A DNA stretch of 64,000 nt, taken from assembly GCA_963835065.1 (NCBI GenBank), contig CAWIEK010000022.1, positions 1 through 64,000 on the forward strand, given 5' to 3'. The position numbers and the translations under genes were made by a program. This DNA comes from an uncultured Chthonomonadaceae bacterium (GTDB lineage: Bacteria > Armatimonadota > Chthonomonadetes > Chthonomonadales > Chthonomonadaceae). Below are positions 19,509-28,647 of this stretch, piece by piece. The notes under the pieces are model-generated. The model worked only from the letters and a program-made list of their open reading frames with translations, ran no database searches and was not told the origin of the DNA. The stretch's first letter is position 1; each line of letters starts with the position of its first letter.

Positions 19509-20732
19509 TCAGGCGCGTAACGCCGCGTCCAGATCGTTCCACAGGTCGTCTACGGTTTCCAGCCCGATGTGCAGGCGGATCAGCCAGCGGGGTTCCGGTT
19601 CTCCGATGGCCGCGCCCGCCGCAAGGGACGCCAATGCGAGGCTCTCAAAGCCGCCCCAACTGCACCCAATGGCGAAATACTGCAACTGATTTACCACGCG
19701 GTACGCGGCTTCCTTTCCGGCTTGCTTTAAGGCAATGCTCATCAGGCCGCTGGTTCCGCGCAACTGCCTGCGCGTGAGTTCCGCCTGCGGATCGTCGGGC
19801 AGGCCGGGATAAAACACGCGCGCCACAGCCGGATGTTCGCGCAGGGCATTGGCGATCCGCTTTGCGCTTTGCTGGTGGCGCTCCATACGCAGGGGCAGGG
19901 TGCGCAGGCCGCGCAATAATAGCCATGCGGCAAACGGATCGAGCATCGCGCCGAGCAGACAGCCCTCGTCAAACGTTATTTTCCGCATCCGCGCCGCGCT
20001 TCCCACCACGACGCCCGCGGTAATATCGCTGTGCCCGCCCAGATACTTGGTTGCCGAATGAACCACAAGGTCAATGCCATGCGCAAGGGGATTTTGAAAA
20101 ATCGGCGTCGCCCACGAATTGTCAATTACCGTTGACACGACATGCGAACGGGCCGCGCCATGATCGCGCGCAATCTGCGCAATCCCGCTCAAGTCCTGCT
20201 GCTTCATCACCACGCTGGACGGCGATTCCAGAAACAGCAGCGTGGTATTGGGGCGCAGCGCGTTTGCCCATTCCTGCAAATCTTCCCCATCCACAAACGT
20301 TACGCCAATATCAAAGCGCTTCAAATAATCGCGCAAAAACTGCCGGGTCGGGCCATACGTGGTTTCGGGCGCGATCACATGGTCGCCCGCCTTGACGCAC
20401 GACAGAATCGCCGCCGATATGGCCGCCATGCCGCTGCCAAAACACCGCGCCCGCTCCCCGCCTTCTAATGCGGCAATTTTGGCCTCGACAATATCCGTTG
20501 TGGGGTTGCACACCCGCGAATAATCGTACAGTTCCGACACGCCGCCCGCCGAACGCGCGCCCTCTTCCGGCGACATGACGTAATTACGCTCCCGCGCCTC
20601 ACAGTTCGGGAACGTAAACAGCGAATTTTGATAGATCGGCGGAATCACCGCGCCCCGGTACTCTTCCGGGTTTTCGCCCAAATGCGCGCAAATGGTTTCA
20701 AAATGGGGTCGCTCGTCGGGAGGGAGAGGCAT
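19509..20732 (-). CDS. Cys/Met metabolism PLP-dependent enzyme (cystathionine gamma-synthase/beta-lyase family)
   Basis: YSRVCNPT, GSGMAAI, IDNSWATP and HSATKYLGGHSD. Confidence 0.93.
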   Translation of the reverse strand: MPLPPDERPHFETICAHLGENPEEYRGAVIPPIYQNSLFTFPNCEARERNYVMSPEEGARSAGGVSELYDYSRVCNPTTDIVEAKIAALEGGERARCFGSGMAAISAAILSCVKAGDHVIAPETTYGPTRQFLRDYLKRFDIGVTFVDGEDLQEWANALRPNTTLLFLESPSSVVMKQQDLSGIAQIARDHGAARSHVVSTVIDNSWATPIFQNPLAHGIDLVVHSATKYLGGHSDITAGVVVGSAARMRKITFDEGCLLGAMLDPFAAWLLLRGLRTLPLRMERHQQSAKRIANALREHPAVARVFYPGLPDDPQAELTRRQLRGTSGLMSIALKQAGKEAAYRVVNQLQYFAIGCSWGGFESLALASLAAGAAIGEPEPRWLIRLHIGLETVDDLWNDLDAALRA

Positions 20733-20743
20733 AACATACTCCG

Positions 20744-20847
20744 GTGTTCAGGTGTTCGGGTGTTCAGGTAGTGGCTTTGCCGCATTGGAGTGGGATTGTG
20801 GCATTTTGCATTGCCCGAATACCTGAACACCTGAACACCTGAATACC
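20744..20847. repeat. Inverted octamer tandem repeat element (GGTGTTCA)n...(TGAACACC)n
   Basis: Seen directly; related copies near 23222-23320, 23542-23660 and 58673-58817. Confidence 0.85.
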
Positions 20848-20849
20848 TC

Positions 20850-21434
20850 TTAGATTTTCGTCATTTTATCCTTGATGTCGTCCACGCCGAAGCCCAAATC
20901 GTCTTCGCTTGGCGCGGGGTAGTCTTCAATATACCATTTTGCGCCCACTTTGCGGCATTTTATCTGGCGGATGCGCTCCACTTTGTACTTGCCGTCCTCG
21001 TCCGTGTACGTGCCTTTTTCGGTAACGGAGGCGACATAATGGGTGGCATCGCCGGGAGTCAGGCCGCGCAGGGTGTAGGCGGTGGGTACGAACGTGCCGC
21101 GCGGACGCTCGAACAGAATCGGCGGATGCTTGCTGCCGGGCATGTCTTTGGGGCCGTAGCCTTGCAGCCACTGGTAGCGCTTTTCCACCATCAGGTCGTC
21201 GGGGTTGGGCGTCATCAGCTTTTTAATCATCGTCACTTTGTCTTTGCGCTGATACGCTTTCTCGAATTGCATGACCAGCGCCGTCACTTCCGTTTTGGCG
21301 CCGCCTGCTTTTTCTAACGTCGCCTTTTTAGGCTTGCTTGGCGGTTTGGCATAAGCGCTCATGCCGCCAACGCCGATTGTAATTCCGAACGCGCAAGACA
21401 GCGTTAGCGCTGCCCGATACCAACGTAGGGACAT
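20850..21434 (-). CDS. Exported hypothetical protein, possibly NTF2-like
   Basis: GAAGGAAGGA RBS; signal peptide MSLRWYRAALTLSCAFG...AYA. Confidence 0.7.
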   Translation of the reverse strand: MSLRWYRAALTLSCAFGITIGVGGMSAYAKPPSKPKKATLEKAGGAKTEVTALVMQFEKAYQRKDKVTMIKKLMTPNPDDLMVEKRYQWLQGYGPKDMPGSKHPPILFERPRGTFVPTAYTLRGLTPGDATHYVASVTEKGTYTDEDGKYKVERIRQIKCRKVGAKWYIEDYPAPSEDDLGFGVDDIKDKMTKI

Positions 21435-21886
21435 ATCGTTCCTTCCTTCATAGATCATTTTGGAGATTGGAGAGTGTTCGTCAATGCCGTTTGCCGCATC
21501 CTGCACTTCCCGCCGTTATATTTCGTCACGCGCCATCCAAAAACCTTCTGCGCAACGCCGCAGCCCAACGGTTTACAGGTCGGCGGGTTGTTTTCAAGTG
21601 TTCCTGCGCCATCAGTACGTTTCCTCGCTTGCAGTGTGACGCCTCGTACAAACATCATCATAAACAACATTGTTTTCCCGAATAACAGGAGACGGCGCGA
21701 AAAACTGCCGGAATGTGATAAAATGCCTGTAACCATAGGAGAAACCGAGCGACAAACAGAACATTAAGCACGGGTGTCGGGTATTGGGTGTTGGGGCGAG
21801 GCAAAAGTACAAAGGTTACTCTTACGCGGCAAAGCCCAATATCCGACACCCGACACTCAACACCCTACGGGAATTAGGAGCGGCAG

Positions 21887-23215
21887 ATGCTGACAATTGC
21901 AGGCGGCAAGCGGGGCGGGTTTTGTGACGGCGTGACGCGGCGCGAGTTTTTGAAGATCGGCGGGCTGGCATTGGGCGGATTGGGCCTGACCGACATTCTC
22001 GCGGCGGAAGCCCATGCCGGTATCCGCTCGTCGCACAAAGCCATTATCATGGTGTATCTGCCCGGCGGCCCGCCGCATCAGGATATGTTCGACCTGAAAA
22101 TGGACGCGCCCAGTGAAATACGGGGCACGTTCAAACCCATCAAAACGAAAGTGCCGGGAATCGAGATTTGCGAACACATGCCGCGCATCGCCGCCATGAT
22201 GGACAAGTTCGCAATCATCCGCTCCCTCGTCGGCGCGCGGGACGAACACGACGCCAGCATTTGTCTGAGCGGCTATTCGGCGGCAGAACTGAACCAGAAC
22301 CACGCGCCCTGCCTCGGCTCCGTTGTTTCGCACTTGAACGGCCCCGTTGACAAGACCGTGCCTGCGTTTGTCGGCCTGTCGCCGCGCATGGGACATGCGG
22401 AATGGGCGCTGTCCGGCGATCCGGGCTTTTTAGGATTGGCGCATAGCCCGCTAAAACCCGAAGGTCCGCTGATGGCCGATATGACGCTCAACGGCATCAC
22501 GCTTGACCGCCTGCGCGACCGACGGACGCTGCTCAACAGCCTTGACCGCTTCCACCAGAAGGTAGACACGCTACAGGGCATGGACGCGCTGCACCAACGC
22601 GCTTTCGACCTGCTCACGTCGCGCAAACTCGTGGATGCGCTGGACATCAGCAAGGAAGACCCGAAAACGCGCGAACGCTACGGTAAGGGTGACAGCAAAC
22701 TCGTGGACGACGGCGGGCCGATGGCAAACGAGCAGTTCTTGATTGCGCGGCGTTTGGTGGAAGCCGGGGCGCGCTGCGTGACCATCGGCTACGGGCGTTG
22801 GGATTATCACGACCGCAACTTCGAGCAATTGAAACTGCGCCTGCCGATGCTGGATCAGGCTGTCAGCGCGCTGGTGCAGGACATTTATGACCGGGGAATG
22901 GACAAGGACGTGTCGGTGGTTGTGTGGGGTGAGTTTGGGCGTTCGCCGCGCATCAACAAGGACGGCGGGCGAGACCACTGGCCCCGCGTGGCGGGCGCGT
23001 TGCTGGCAGGCGGCGGCATGAAAACCGGGCAGGTCATCGGCTCCACCAACCGCTTCGGCGAGGAACCCGATTCGCGCCCGGTTCACTTCAAGGATGTGTT
23101 CGCCACCCTGTACCGCAACATGGGCATCAACATCAAGGATACGCCCGTCATGGACTCCCTTGCCCGCCCGCATTACCTGCTTGACGACCACGATCCGATT
23201 CAGGAACTCATCTAA
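21887..23215 (+). CDS. DUF1501 domain-containing protein with Tat signal
   Basis: TRREFLKIGG, LPGGPPHQDMFDLK, WDYH, WGEFGRSPRIN and GRDHWP. Confidence 0.92.
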   Translation: MLTIAGGKRGGFCDGVTRREFLKIGGLALGGLGLTDILAAEAHAGIRSSHKAIIMVYLPGGPPHQDMFDLKMDAPSEIRGTFKPIKTKVPGIEICEHMPRIAAMMDKFAIIRSLVGARDEHDASICLSGYSAAELNQNHAPCLGSVVSHLNGPVDKTVPAFVGLSPRMGHAEWALSGDPGFLGLAHSPLKPEGPLMADMTLNGITLDRLRDRRTLLNSLDRFHQKVDTLQGMDALHQRAFDLLTSRKLVDALDISKEDPKTRERYGKGDSKLVDDGGPMANEQFLIARRLVEAGARCVTIGYGRWDYHDRNFEQLKLRLPMLDQAVSALVQDIYDRGMDKDVSVVVWGEFGRSPRINKDGGRDHWPRVAGALLAGGGMKTGQVIGSTNRFGEEPDSRPVHFKDVFATLYRNMGINIKDTPVMDSLARPHYLLDDHDPIQELI

Positions 23216-23402
23216 ATGCAAGGGTATTCGGTGTTCAGGTATTCAGGTGTTCGGACAATGCAATGCTCTTACACTGCAACTGTCAAGTCGAACACCTGAA
23301 TACCCGAACACCTGAACACCGACAAACGTAAAAGTGGCTGATGAAGGGTAAAAGTGGGCTGTCACCAGCCACCAACCACCCTTCACCAGCCACTTGTTCT
23401 TA

Positions 23403-23485
23403 TGCCGAAGATGGGAGTCGAACCCATACGAGGTTGCCCTCGACGGTTTTTGAGACCGTTGCGTCTGCCATTCCGCCACTTCGGC
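23403..23485 (-). tRNA. tRNA-Leu(CAA)
   Basis: Reverse complement gccgaagtggcggaatggcagacgca-acggt-ctCAAaa-accgt-...-gggttcgactcccatcttcggca with a long variable arm. Confidence 0.95.
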
Positions 23486-23681
23486 CTGACGCTTCGTATT
23501 ATACGGTACATTCCCCTATTCTGTCAATGCGCAATTCACAATCAGGTGTTCAGGTATTTGGGTATTCAGGTATTCGGGGAGTGCAAGGGCAGTCTTCCAA
23601 CGCGCAAATTTCCCTCGGCACTAAAACCTGAACACCGAACACCTGAATACCTGAATACCTTCCCTCTGGTATAATGAAGGC

Positions 23682-24572
23682 ATGACTTCCACCAACCTGA
23701 CGTCTGCCAACCTTGCTCTGCCTGAAAAAGAGATTTCCATTCGCCGCCGTGTTGCCCGCGCTTTATTTGGAACAAAGGCGCGGTGTGTTTGTACATTGGT
23801 GATTGTGACCGGCGTTTTTGGTTGGCTGTTGTGGTTTAATCAGCATCGGCGCATGGGGTGGAAGCAGGCGCTTAGTCCGGCGTATTGGGTTGCGCGTTCG
23901 CGGGGCGAGGATTTGTATGACCCGGCAAAAGCCTTGCTGATGCACGGAAACCGGCAGATTGCGGAAGTGGCTTTGACTTTCGATGATGGACCGCACCCGG
24001 AAAGTCGCGGGCAGATTTTAGACACGCTGAAGCAGTTTGGCGCGCATGCCACTTTTTTTGATGTGGGCGAACATCTGGCCGCGCAACCGGAACTGGTCAA
24101 GCGCACCCTTGCCGAAGGCCACGAGATCGCCAACCATTCCAACACCCACTTACGGCTTGATGAACTCTCCCCGCGTGACCGTCACCGCGAAATCAACGAT
24201 GCGGCCATTACCTTTTACCGCGTCGCGCATCAGCATTTAACTTTGCTGCGCCCGCCCGGTATGCGCTACAATGACGCCGTGCTTGCCGACACCCGCGAAA
24301 TGGGCTACATTGTGGTTGGCTACAATACGGTTGCCCGCGATGCCGACCCCGAAACCGAGCCGGACTTCATTGTCCAGCGCACCTGTGACCGCGTGGAAAA
24401 CGGCAGCATTCTGCTCCTGCACGATTACCCCGCCACCGCCCGCGCCTTGCCTGAAATCCTCAAACGCCTGACAGCGGAAGGCTACCATTTCGTCACCATG
24501 TCCGAGATGATTTCCCACCTGCCTCCCATTCCGCACAAGCAAGTGACCGAGTTTCAGCAAACTCACCCGTAA
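23682..24572 (+). CDS. Polysaccharide deacetylase (NodB/CE4), membrane-anchored
   Basis: ALTFDDGP, ANHSNTH, LRPPG and ILLLHD. Confidence 0.93.
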   Translation: MTSTNLTSANLALPEKEISIRRRVARALFGTKARCVCTLVIVTGVFGWLLWFNQHRRMGWKQALSPAYWVARSRGEDLYDPAKALLMHGNRQIAEVALTFDDGPHPESRGQILDTLKQFGAHATFFDVGEHLAAQPELVKRTLAEGHEIANHSNTHLRLDELSPRDRHREINDAAITFYRVAHQHLTLLRPPGMRYNDAVLADTREMGYIVVGYNTVARDADPETEPDFIVQRTCDRVENGSILLLHDYPATARALPEILKRLTAEGYHFVTMSEMISHLPPIPHKQVTEFQQTHP

Positions 24573-24601
24573 AAAGCGCTAATTTCACGCGCCACAGCTA
24601 T

Positions 24602-24979
24602 TTACGGCGTTTGTATGCGCCACAGCGTGAACGTGCCGCCATCCACAATTGGCATATCCAGATGATAACCGTACATCAGTGACATGCCAATAAGTGAGTC
24701 TAAGTCTACTTCGTTCACCAGAGTAACAATCGGCTGACCATCCCAGATTATCGTAGCCGTGTAGACGTTGTAGTTAATCTGGCTGCCGTCGGCAAGTATT
24801 GCGCGTCCGTACTCACGCCATGACAGCCCAAGCGCGGCAATACGAGCAGGCGGAAGCGTTAGCGTTCCTGTAAATCCAGTGTCTATCACGGAGACAATTT
24901 CCTGCGGCTGTCCCATCGCGTCAAGTACCATAACGCGCAAAATACCCTCGCGGTCAGGCGTGATATTGCCGGTCATCAT
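24602..24979 (-). CDS. Clan AA aspartic protease
   Basis: VIDTGFTG, LADGS and LIGMSLM. Confidence 0.88.
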   Translation of the reverse strand: MMTGNITPDREGILRVMVLDAMGQPQEIVSVIDTGFTGTLTLPPARIAALGLSWREYGRAILADGSQINYNVYTATIIWDGQPIVTLVNEVDLDSLIGMSLMYGYHLDMPIVDGGTFTLWRIQTP

Positions 24980-25245
24980 CGTATGCGCCGCCCTCCACCA
25001 ATCCGATGCAGATAAGGGGAGCCGACGCGCATCATCCATATTTGCGCATCAGGATTGCGCGCGAACATTTTATCCCCTGCTGTCATTTGGTCGGTGTCCA
25101 TTTCCCACGCGCCTGTTTCTATATCAATGGCGACATACTCCCCTGCGTGGTCAGGCTCGACGCTGGCTTTCACACTGCGGTTATAAATCTCATCGCCGCG
25201 CCGCGCCGCTTCTTCGGCTGTATAACGAGGTACTCGCACTGTCAT
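24976..25245 (-). CDS. Small DUF5678-like partner of the aspartic protease
   Basis: ARRGDEIY...GEYVAIDIETG...ARNPDAQIWMMRVG; stop overlaps the protease start. Confidence 0.8.
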   Translation of the reverse strand: MTVRVPRYTAEEAARRGDEIYNRSVKASVEPDHAGEYVAIDIETGAWEMDTDQMTAGDKMFARNPDAQIWMMRVGSPYLHRIGGGRRIR

Positions 25246-25352
25246 TGTGACGGCTCCTTTATCCTTTATGTTCTTGTTGAACAATAATACGTCCTATCTT
25301 CAGTATAGCAAACGCAGGCGGGTTTGACAAGCGCGAGTTTGACAAACAACCC

Positions 25353-27296
25353 TCAGCGATAGTGCTGCGCCTGCATCTCAAATAAATGGGCGTATTTGCC
25401 GTTGAGGGTCATGAGTTCGTTGTGGCTGCCGCTTTCGATAATCTCGCCGTTTTCAAGCACGTAAATGCAGTCGGCCATGCGGACGGTGGAAAAGCGGTGG
25501 CTGACCAGAACGGTTGCGCGGTCTTTTGCCAGCAATCGGAAATCGCGGAAGAACTCGTATTCGGCGCGAGCGTCCATCGCGCTTGTGGGTTCGTCCAGCA
25601 CGATGATTTGCGCGTCCCGCAAAAACGCCCGCGCTAAGGCCACTTTCTGCCACTGCCCGATGCTCAATTCCGCGCCGCCCTCAAACATTTTGCCCAACGT
25701 GGTTTCATAACCTTCTTTCAGTTCCGTAATCACGGCGTCCGCGCCCGCGTACCGCGCCGATTCGATAATTTGTTCGCGTACGGCCTCTTCTTCGAGGGGC
25801 AGGGCTATGTTGCCTAACCAGATGTTTTCGCGGGCGGACAGTTGGTACTTTTCATAATCCTGAAAGATAACGCTGATCTGCTGCCGCAGATCGTTGGTAT
25901 GGAAATCGCGCAAGTCCCTGCCGTCCAGCGTGATGCGCCCGCTTGTCGGATCGTACAAGCGGCACAGCAGTTTGGTGATCGTGGTTTTGCCGCTGCCGTT
26001 TTCCCCCACAAGCGCGATCATCTTGCCGGGCGCGACTTCCAGAGTGACGTCTTTCAGCACGGTTCGGCGACTGTTCGGATAATCGAAGGCGACGTTTTCA
26101 AAGCGGATACCCTGCCGCATCGGATTGGGAACAGGCTGAGGGTCGAGCGGTTCCGCCACTTTGCGCTCGATTTCCAGAAACTCGTCCAGATCGGACAGGA
26201 ACAGGCTGCTTTCATACAGGTCGGCAAGGTTGCTCAACATCTGCTGCACCAGACTTTGCCCGCGCTGAAACGCGCCGAAGTACATGGTCAGGCCGCCGAG
26301 CGTGGTTTTGCCTTGCAGCGTCCGCCATGCGGCAAAGGCATACGCGCCGTACATGGCAACGGTCGCTAAAACCTGCGCGCCAAAATCAAGCAGGGCGTTG
26401 CGGGACTGCATTTGCAGCCGTTCGCGCCGTATTTCCGTCCGCAGGGTTTTCGCCCGCTCCAGAAACAGTTTTCCTAATTGAAACAGGCGTATCTCTTTGG
26501 CGGACGTGCCGCCCGTGAGCAGCGAATCGAAATAGTTGGAAAGCCGCTCCGTTGGCGTCCGCTTGCGCTGCCAGCCGTACATGCGCCCGCTGAACCGGAT
26601 ACGGACAAGCGCGCCAGGAACGGTAGACAGGAACAGCAGCAGGGCAATCGCCCAGTGCAGCGAAAACAGCAGGCCGACAAGCGCGAGCAGGGAAAACGCG
26701 CTTTGGGCGGCGTACAGCAGGTTGTTGACGATGCTGACGGGGCGATAGGACGCCTGACTCTGCGCCCGCCGCAGCGTGTCGTAAAAGCGGGCGTTCTCGT
26801 AATATTCCAAATCCACTTCGATAGACTTGGCGTGTACCACTTCGGTGACGTAATCGGTGACATGCGCGGCCTGCGCGTTGCGCACAAGGCTGCTGATAGC
26901 CGTCAGAACCGCGCTGAGGAGCATCACGCCGCCCTGCAACCCGATGTACCACCCCACCTGCCGGAAGGCAAATTCCCGCGACGGCGAACGCAGGCCGTTG
27001 GCAACCGCGTCCACCACCAATTTGCTCAAATAAATCGGCAGTGTGGTTAAAGTGGCTTGGAGCGGAAGCAGCGCGATACTCGCCACCGTCCACGTTGGCG
27101 CACCCTTCCACACAAGGACAAGGGCGCGTTTAATCGTCTTCAGTTTCTGTCCGGCGCTTGCCGCCTTGCCGCCCTTTTCTTTTTCCTCGTCCTCGCCCTC
27201 TTCGTTTTTGCGCTGATTATTCCCGCCCGCTTCCGGTTTCCCGCGCCCCGGCCCCGAAGCCCCTTGTGCCTGCATGTTCGCCCCGCTTCCCTTCAC
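25353..27296 (-). CDS. ABC exporter, fused permease and ATPase
   Basis: TM domain; GENGSGKT, LSIGQWQKVALAR, VLDEPT and SHRFST. Confidence 0.95.
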   Translation of the reverse strand: MKGSGANMQAQGASGPGRGKPEAGGNNQRKNEEGEDEEKEKGGKAASAGQKLKTIKRALVLVWKGAPTWTVASIALLPLQATLTTLPIYLSKLVVDAVANGLRSPSREFAFRQVGWYIGLQGGVMLLSAVLTAISSLVRNAQAAHVTDYVTEVVHAKSIEVDLEYYENARFYDTLRRAQSQASYRPVSIVNNLLYAAQSAFSLLALVGLLFSLHWAIALLLFLSTVPGALVRIRFSGRMYGWQRKRTPTERLSNYFDSLLTGGTSAKEIRLFQLGKLFLERAKTLRTEIRRERLQMQSRNALLDFGAQVLATVAMYGAYAFAAWRTLQGKTTLGGLTMYFGAFQRGQSLVQQMLSNLADLYESSLFLSDLDEFLEIERKVAEPLDPQPVPNPMRQGIRFENVAFDYPNSRRTVLKDVTLEVAPGKMIALVGENGSGKTTITKLLCRLYDPTSGRITLDGRDLRDFHTNDLRQQISVIFQDYEKYQLSARENIWLGNIALPLEEEAVREQIIESARYAGADAVITELKEGYETTLGKMFEGGAELSIGQWQKVALARAFLRDAQIIVLDEPTSAMDARAEYEFFRDFRLLAKDRATVLVSHRFSTVRMADCIYVLENGEIIESGSHNELMTLNGKYAHLFEMQAQHYR

Positions 27297-27635
27297 GGCA
27301 ACATTGCCACAGCAATTGTTGCCCTACTCTTTTGGCTAAACCAACGTTTTAATGATTATGTGTGTTGTTATTGTAGACAAATTTTCCACTTTCGTCAACC
27401 TGCGCTTTCGGGCAGGCAGGGCAACGCTTGTTTTGCTCCTGTCGTGGTAAAGAGCCAAAAATAATTGAAAAAGTGACTTAGCAAAAGGAACGGGCGAAGC
27501 GATAGTGATGTTGGGAATTCGCTTTCATGCTCCCTGTCAGGACGCCGGCCCTGTACAGCGAACGGCGCATGTAGTGCCCAGGAAAGGAGGTGGGTAAGTT
27601 GGTTCATATAGCCCTTACTCACTTCCGACACGTGG

Positions 27636-27718
27636 CGGTTCGCCGTTAACGTTTCGGAACGTGAGCAACCGCCTCGACAGCGTTGAAAAACGTTGCCGGG
27701 GCGGTTAATTTTTGAGGT
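27636..27718. repeat. 83 bp structured direct repeat, copy 1
   Basis: 80/83 identical to 28534..28616; two hairpins followed by a T-run. Confidence 0.92.
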
Positions 27719-27779
27719 AAGTTAAACAGAAGTTTCGGATTGCGCGTCTACTCTGAACGAAGATTGTCGCAGGAGTTTC

Positions 27780-28145
27780 GTGATGAAAACTGCTTTCCGT
27801 GAAACCCGCAACTTTACGGATGCTATCAACGACTATTTCGGCGGGGATGCGGCTTACTTTCCGCTTCAGAATTTTCTTGGAACGAACCCGGAACTTGGAG
27901 CCGTTATGCAGGGTACGGGAGGTCTGCGTAAATTGCGCTGGCCTGATCCCCGGCGCGGCAAAGGCAAACGCGGCGGGCTGCGTATCATCTATTTGTACAT
28001 TCCTGCCGCGCGTTTGATTGTGTTGCTTGATGTATATGATAAAGATGAGCAGGACGATCTTTCTACGGCGGACAAGAAAGCGTTTGCAATTTTGGCAGAG
28101 GCTATCCGGCAACAACTGACGGCAGAGGGAGGTTGGGAACGATGA
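27780..28145 (+). CDS. RelE/HigB-2-like type II toxin
   Basis: FRETRNF, NPELGAVMQGTGGLRKLRW, GKGKRGGLRIIY and YDKDEQDDLS. Confidence 0.88.
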   Translation: MMKTAFRETRNFTDAINDYFGGDAAYFPLQNFLGTNPELGAVMQGTGGLRKLRWPDPRRGKGKRGGLRIIYLYIPAARLIVLLDVYDKDEQDDLSTADKKAFAILAEAIRQQLTAEGGWER

Positions 28146-28489
28146 GTGAAAACAATTCGAGGATGCGCCCGCCGCTTGCCGAGCGTTTACGCGGGGCGCT
28201 GGAAGAAACATTGGCGTGGACACAGAATGAAGGCGAAGCGCGTGTCACGCTGTTGCAGGAAGATGGAAGTCGCGTGGGTCCAAAATCTATGACGCGGACA
28301 CAGTTCGAATTAGAACGCGCTGAGGAACCAACACCCCAACTCAACTCTGCAACCGAGGCGTATACGCTTATTCAGGAACTGCTTGCATGGACAGGCCGTG
28401 AACCCTCTTCAGAGGAAATAGATCAGGTAGACACCTTGCGGAAACGCGCCACAACTTTTTTGCAGCAGTCCGAGTCCATTGCTGTATAA
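28142..28489 (+). CDS. Probable antitoxin without a recognisable XRE HTH
   Basis: ATGA overlap with the toxin; the N-terminal LAERLRGALEETLAW resembles HigA2-type neutralising helices. Confidence 0.55.
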   Translation: MSENNSRMRPPLAERLRGALEETLAWTQNEGEARVTLLQEDGSRVGPKSMTRTQFELERAEEPTPQLNSATEAYTLIQELLAWTGREPSSEEIDQVDTLRKRATTFLQQSESIAV

Positions 28490-28533
28490 TCGTGCTGCTA
28501 GTCACCTATGCCTTACCCGCTTCTAAAACATGA

Positions 28534-28616
28534 CGGTTCGCCGTTAACGTTTCGGAACGTGAGCAACCGCCTCGACAGCGTTGAAAAACGTTGCCGAGGC
28601 GGTTGGTTTTTGAGGT
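28534..28616. repeat. 83 bp structured direct repeat, copy 2
   Basis: See copy 1 at 27636..27718. Confidence 0.92.
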
Positions 28617-28647
28617 TACGGATAGGGTTCACCCTACATGGGGACAC

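Noticed and set aside
23403..23485. tRNA-Leu or the Gly/Arg/His tRNAs as integration sites
   Set aside because: I found no duplicated tRNA 3' end elsewhere in the window.
27490..27720. Known riboswitch or ribozyme (ZTP, fluoride, c-di-GMP, hammerhead, twister)
   Set aside because: I could not match the conserved cores by eye, so it is kept only as an unassigned structured region.
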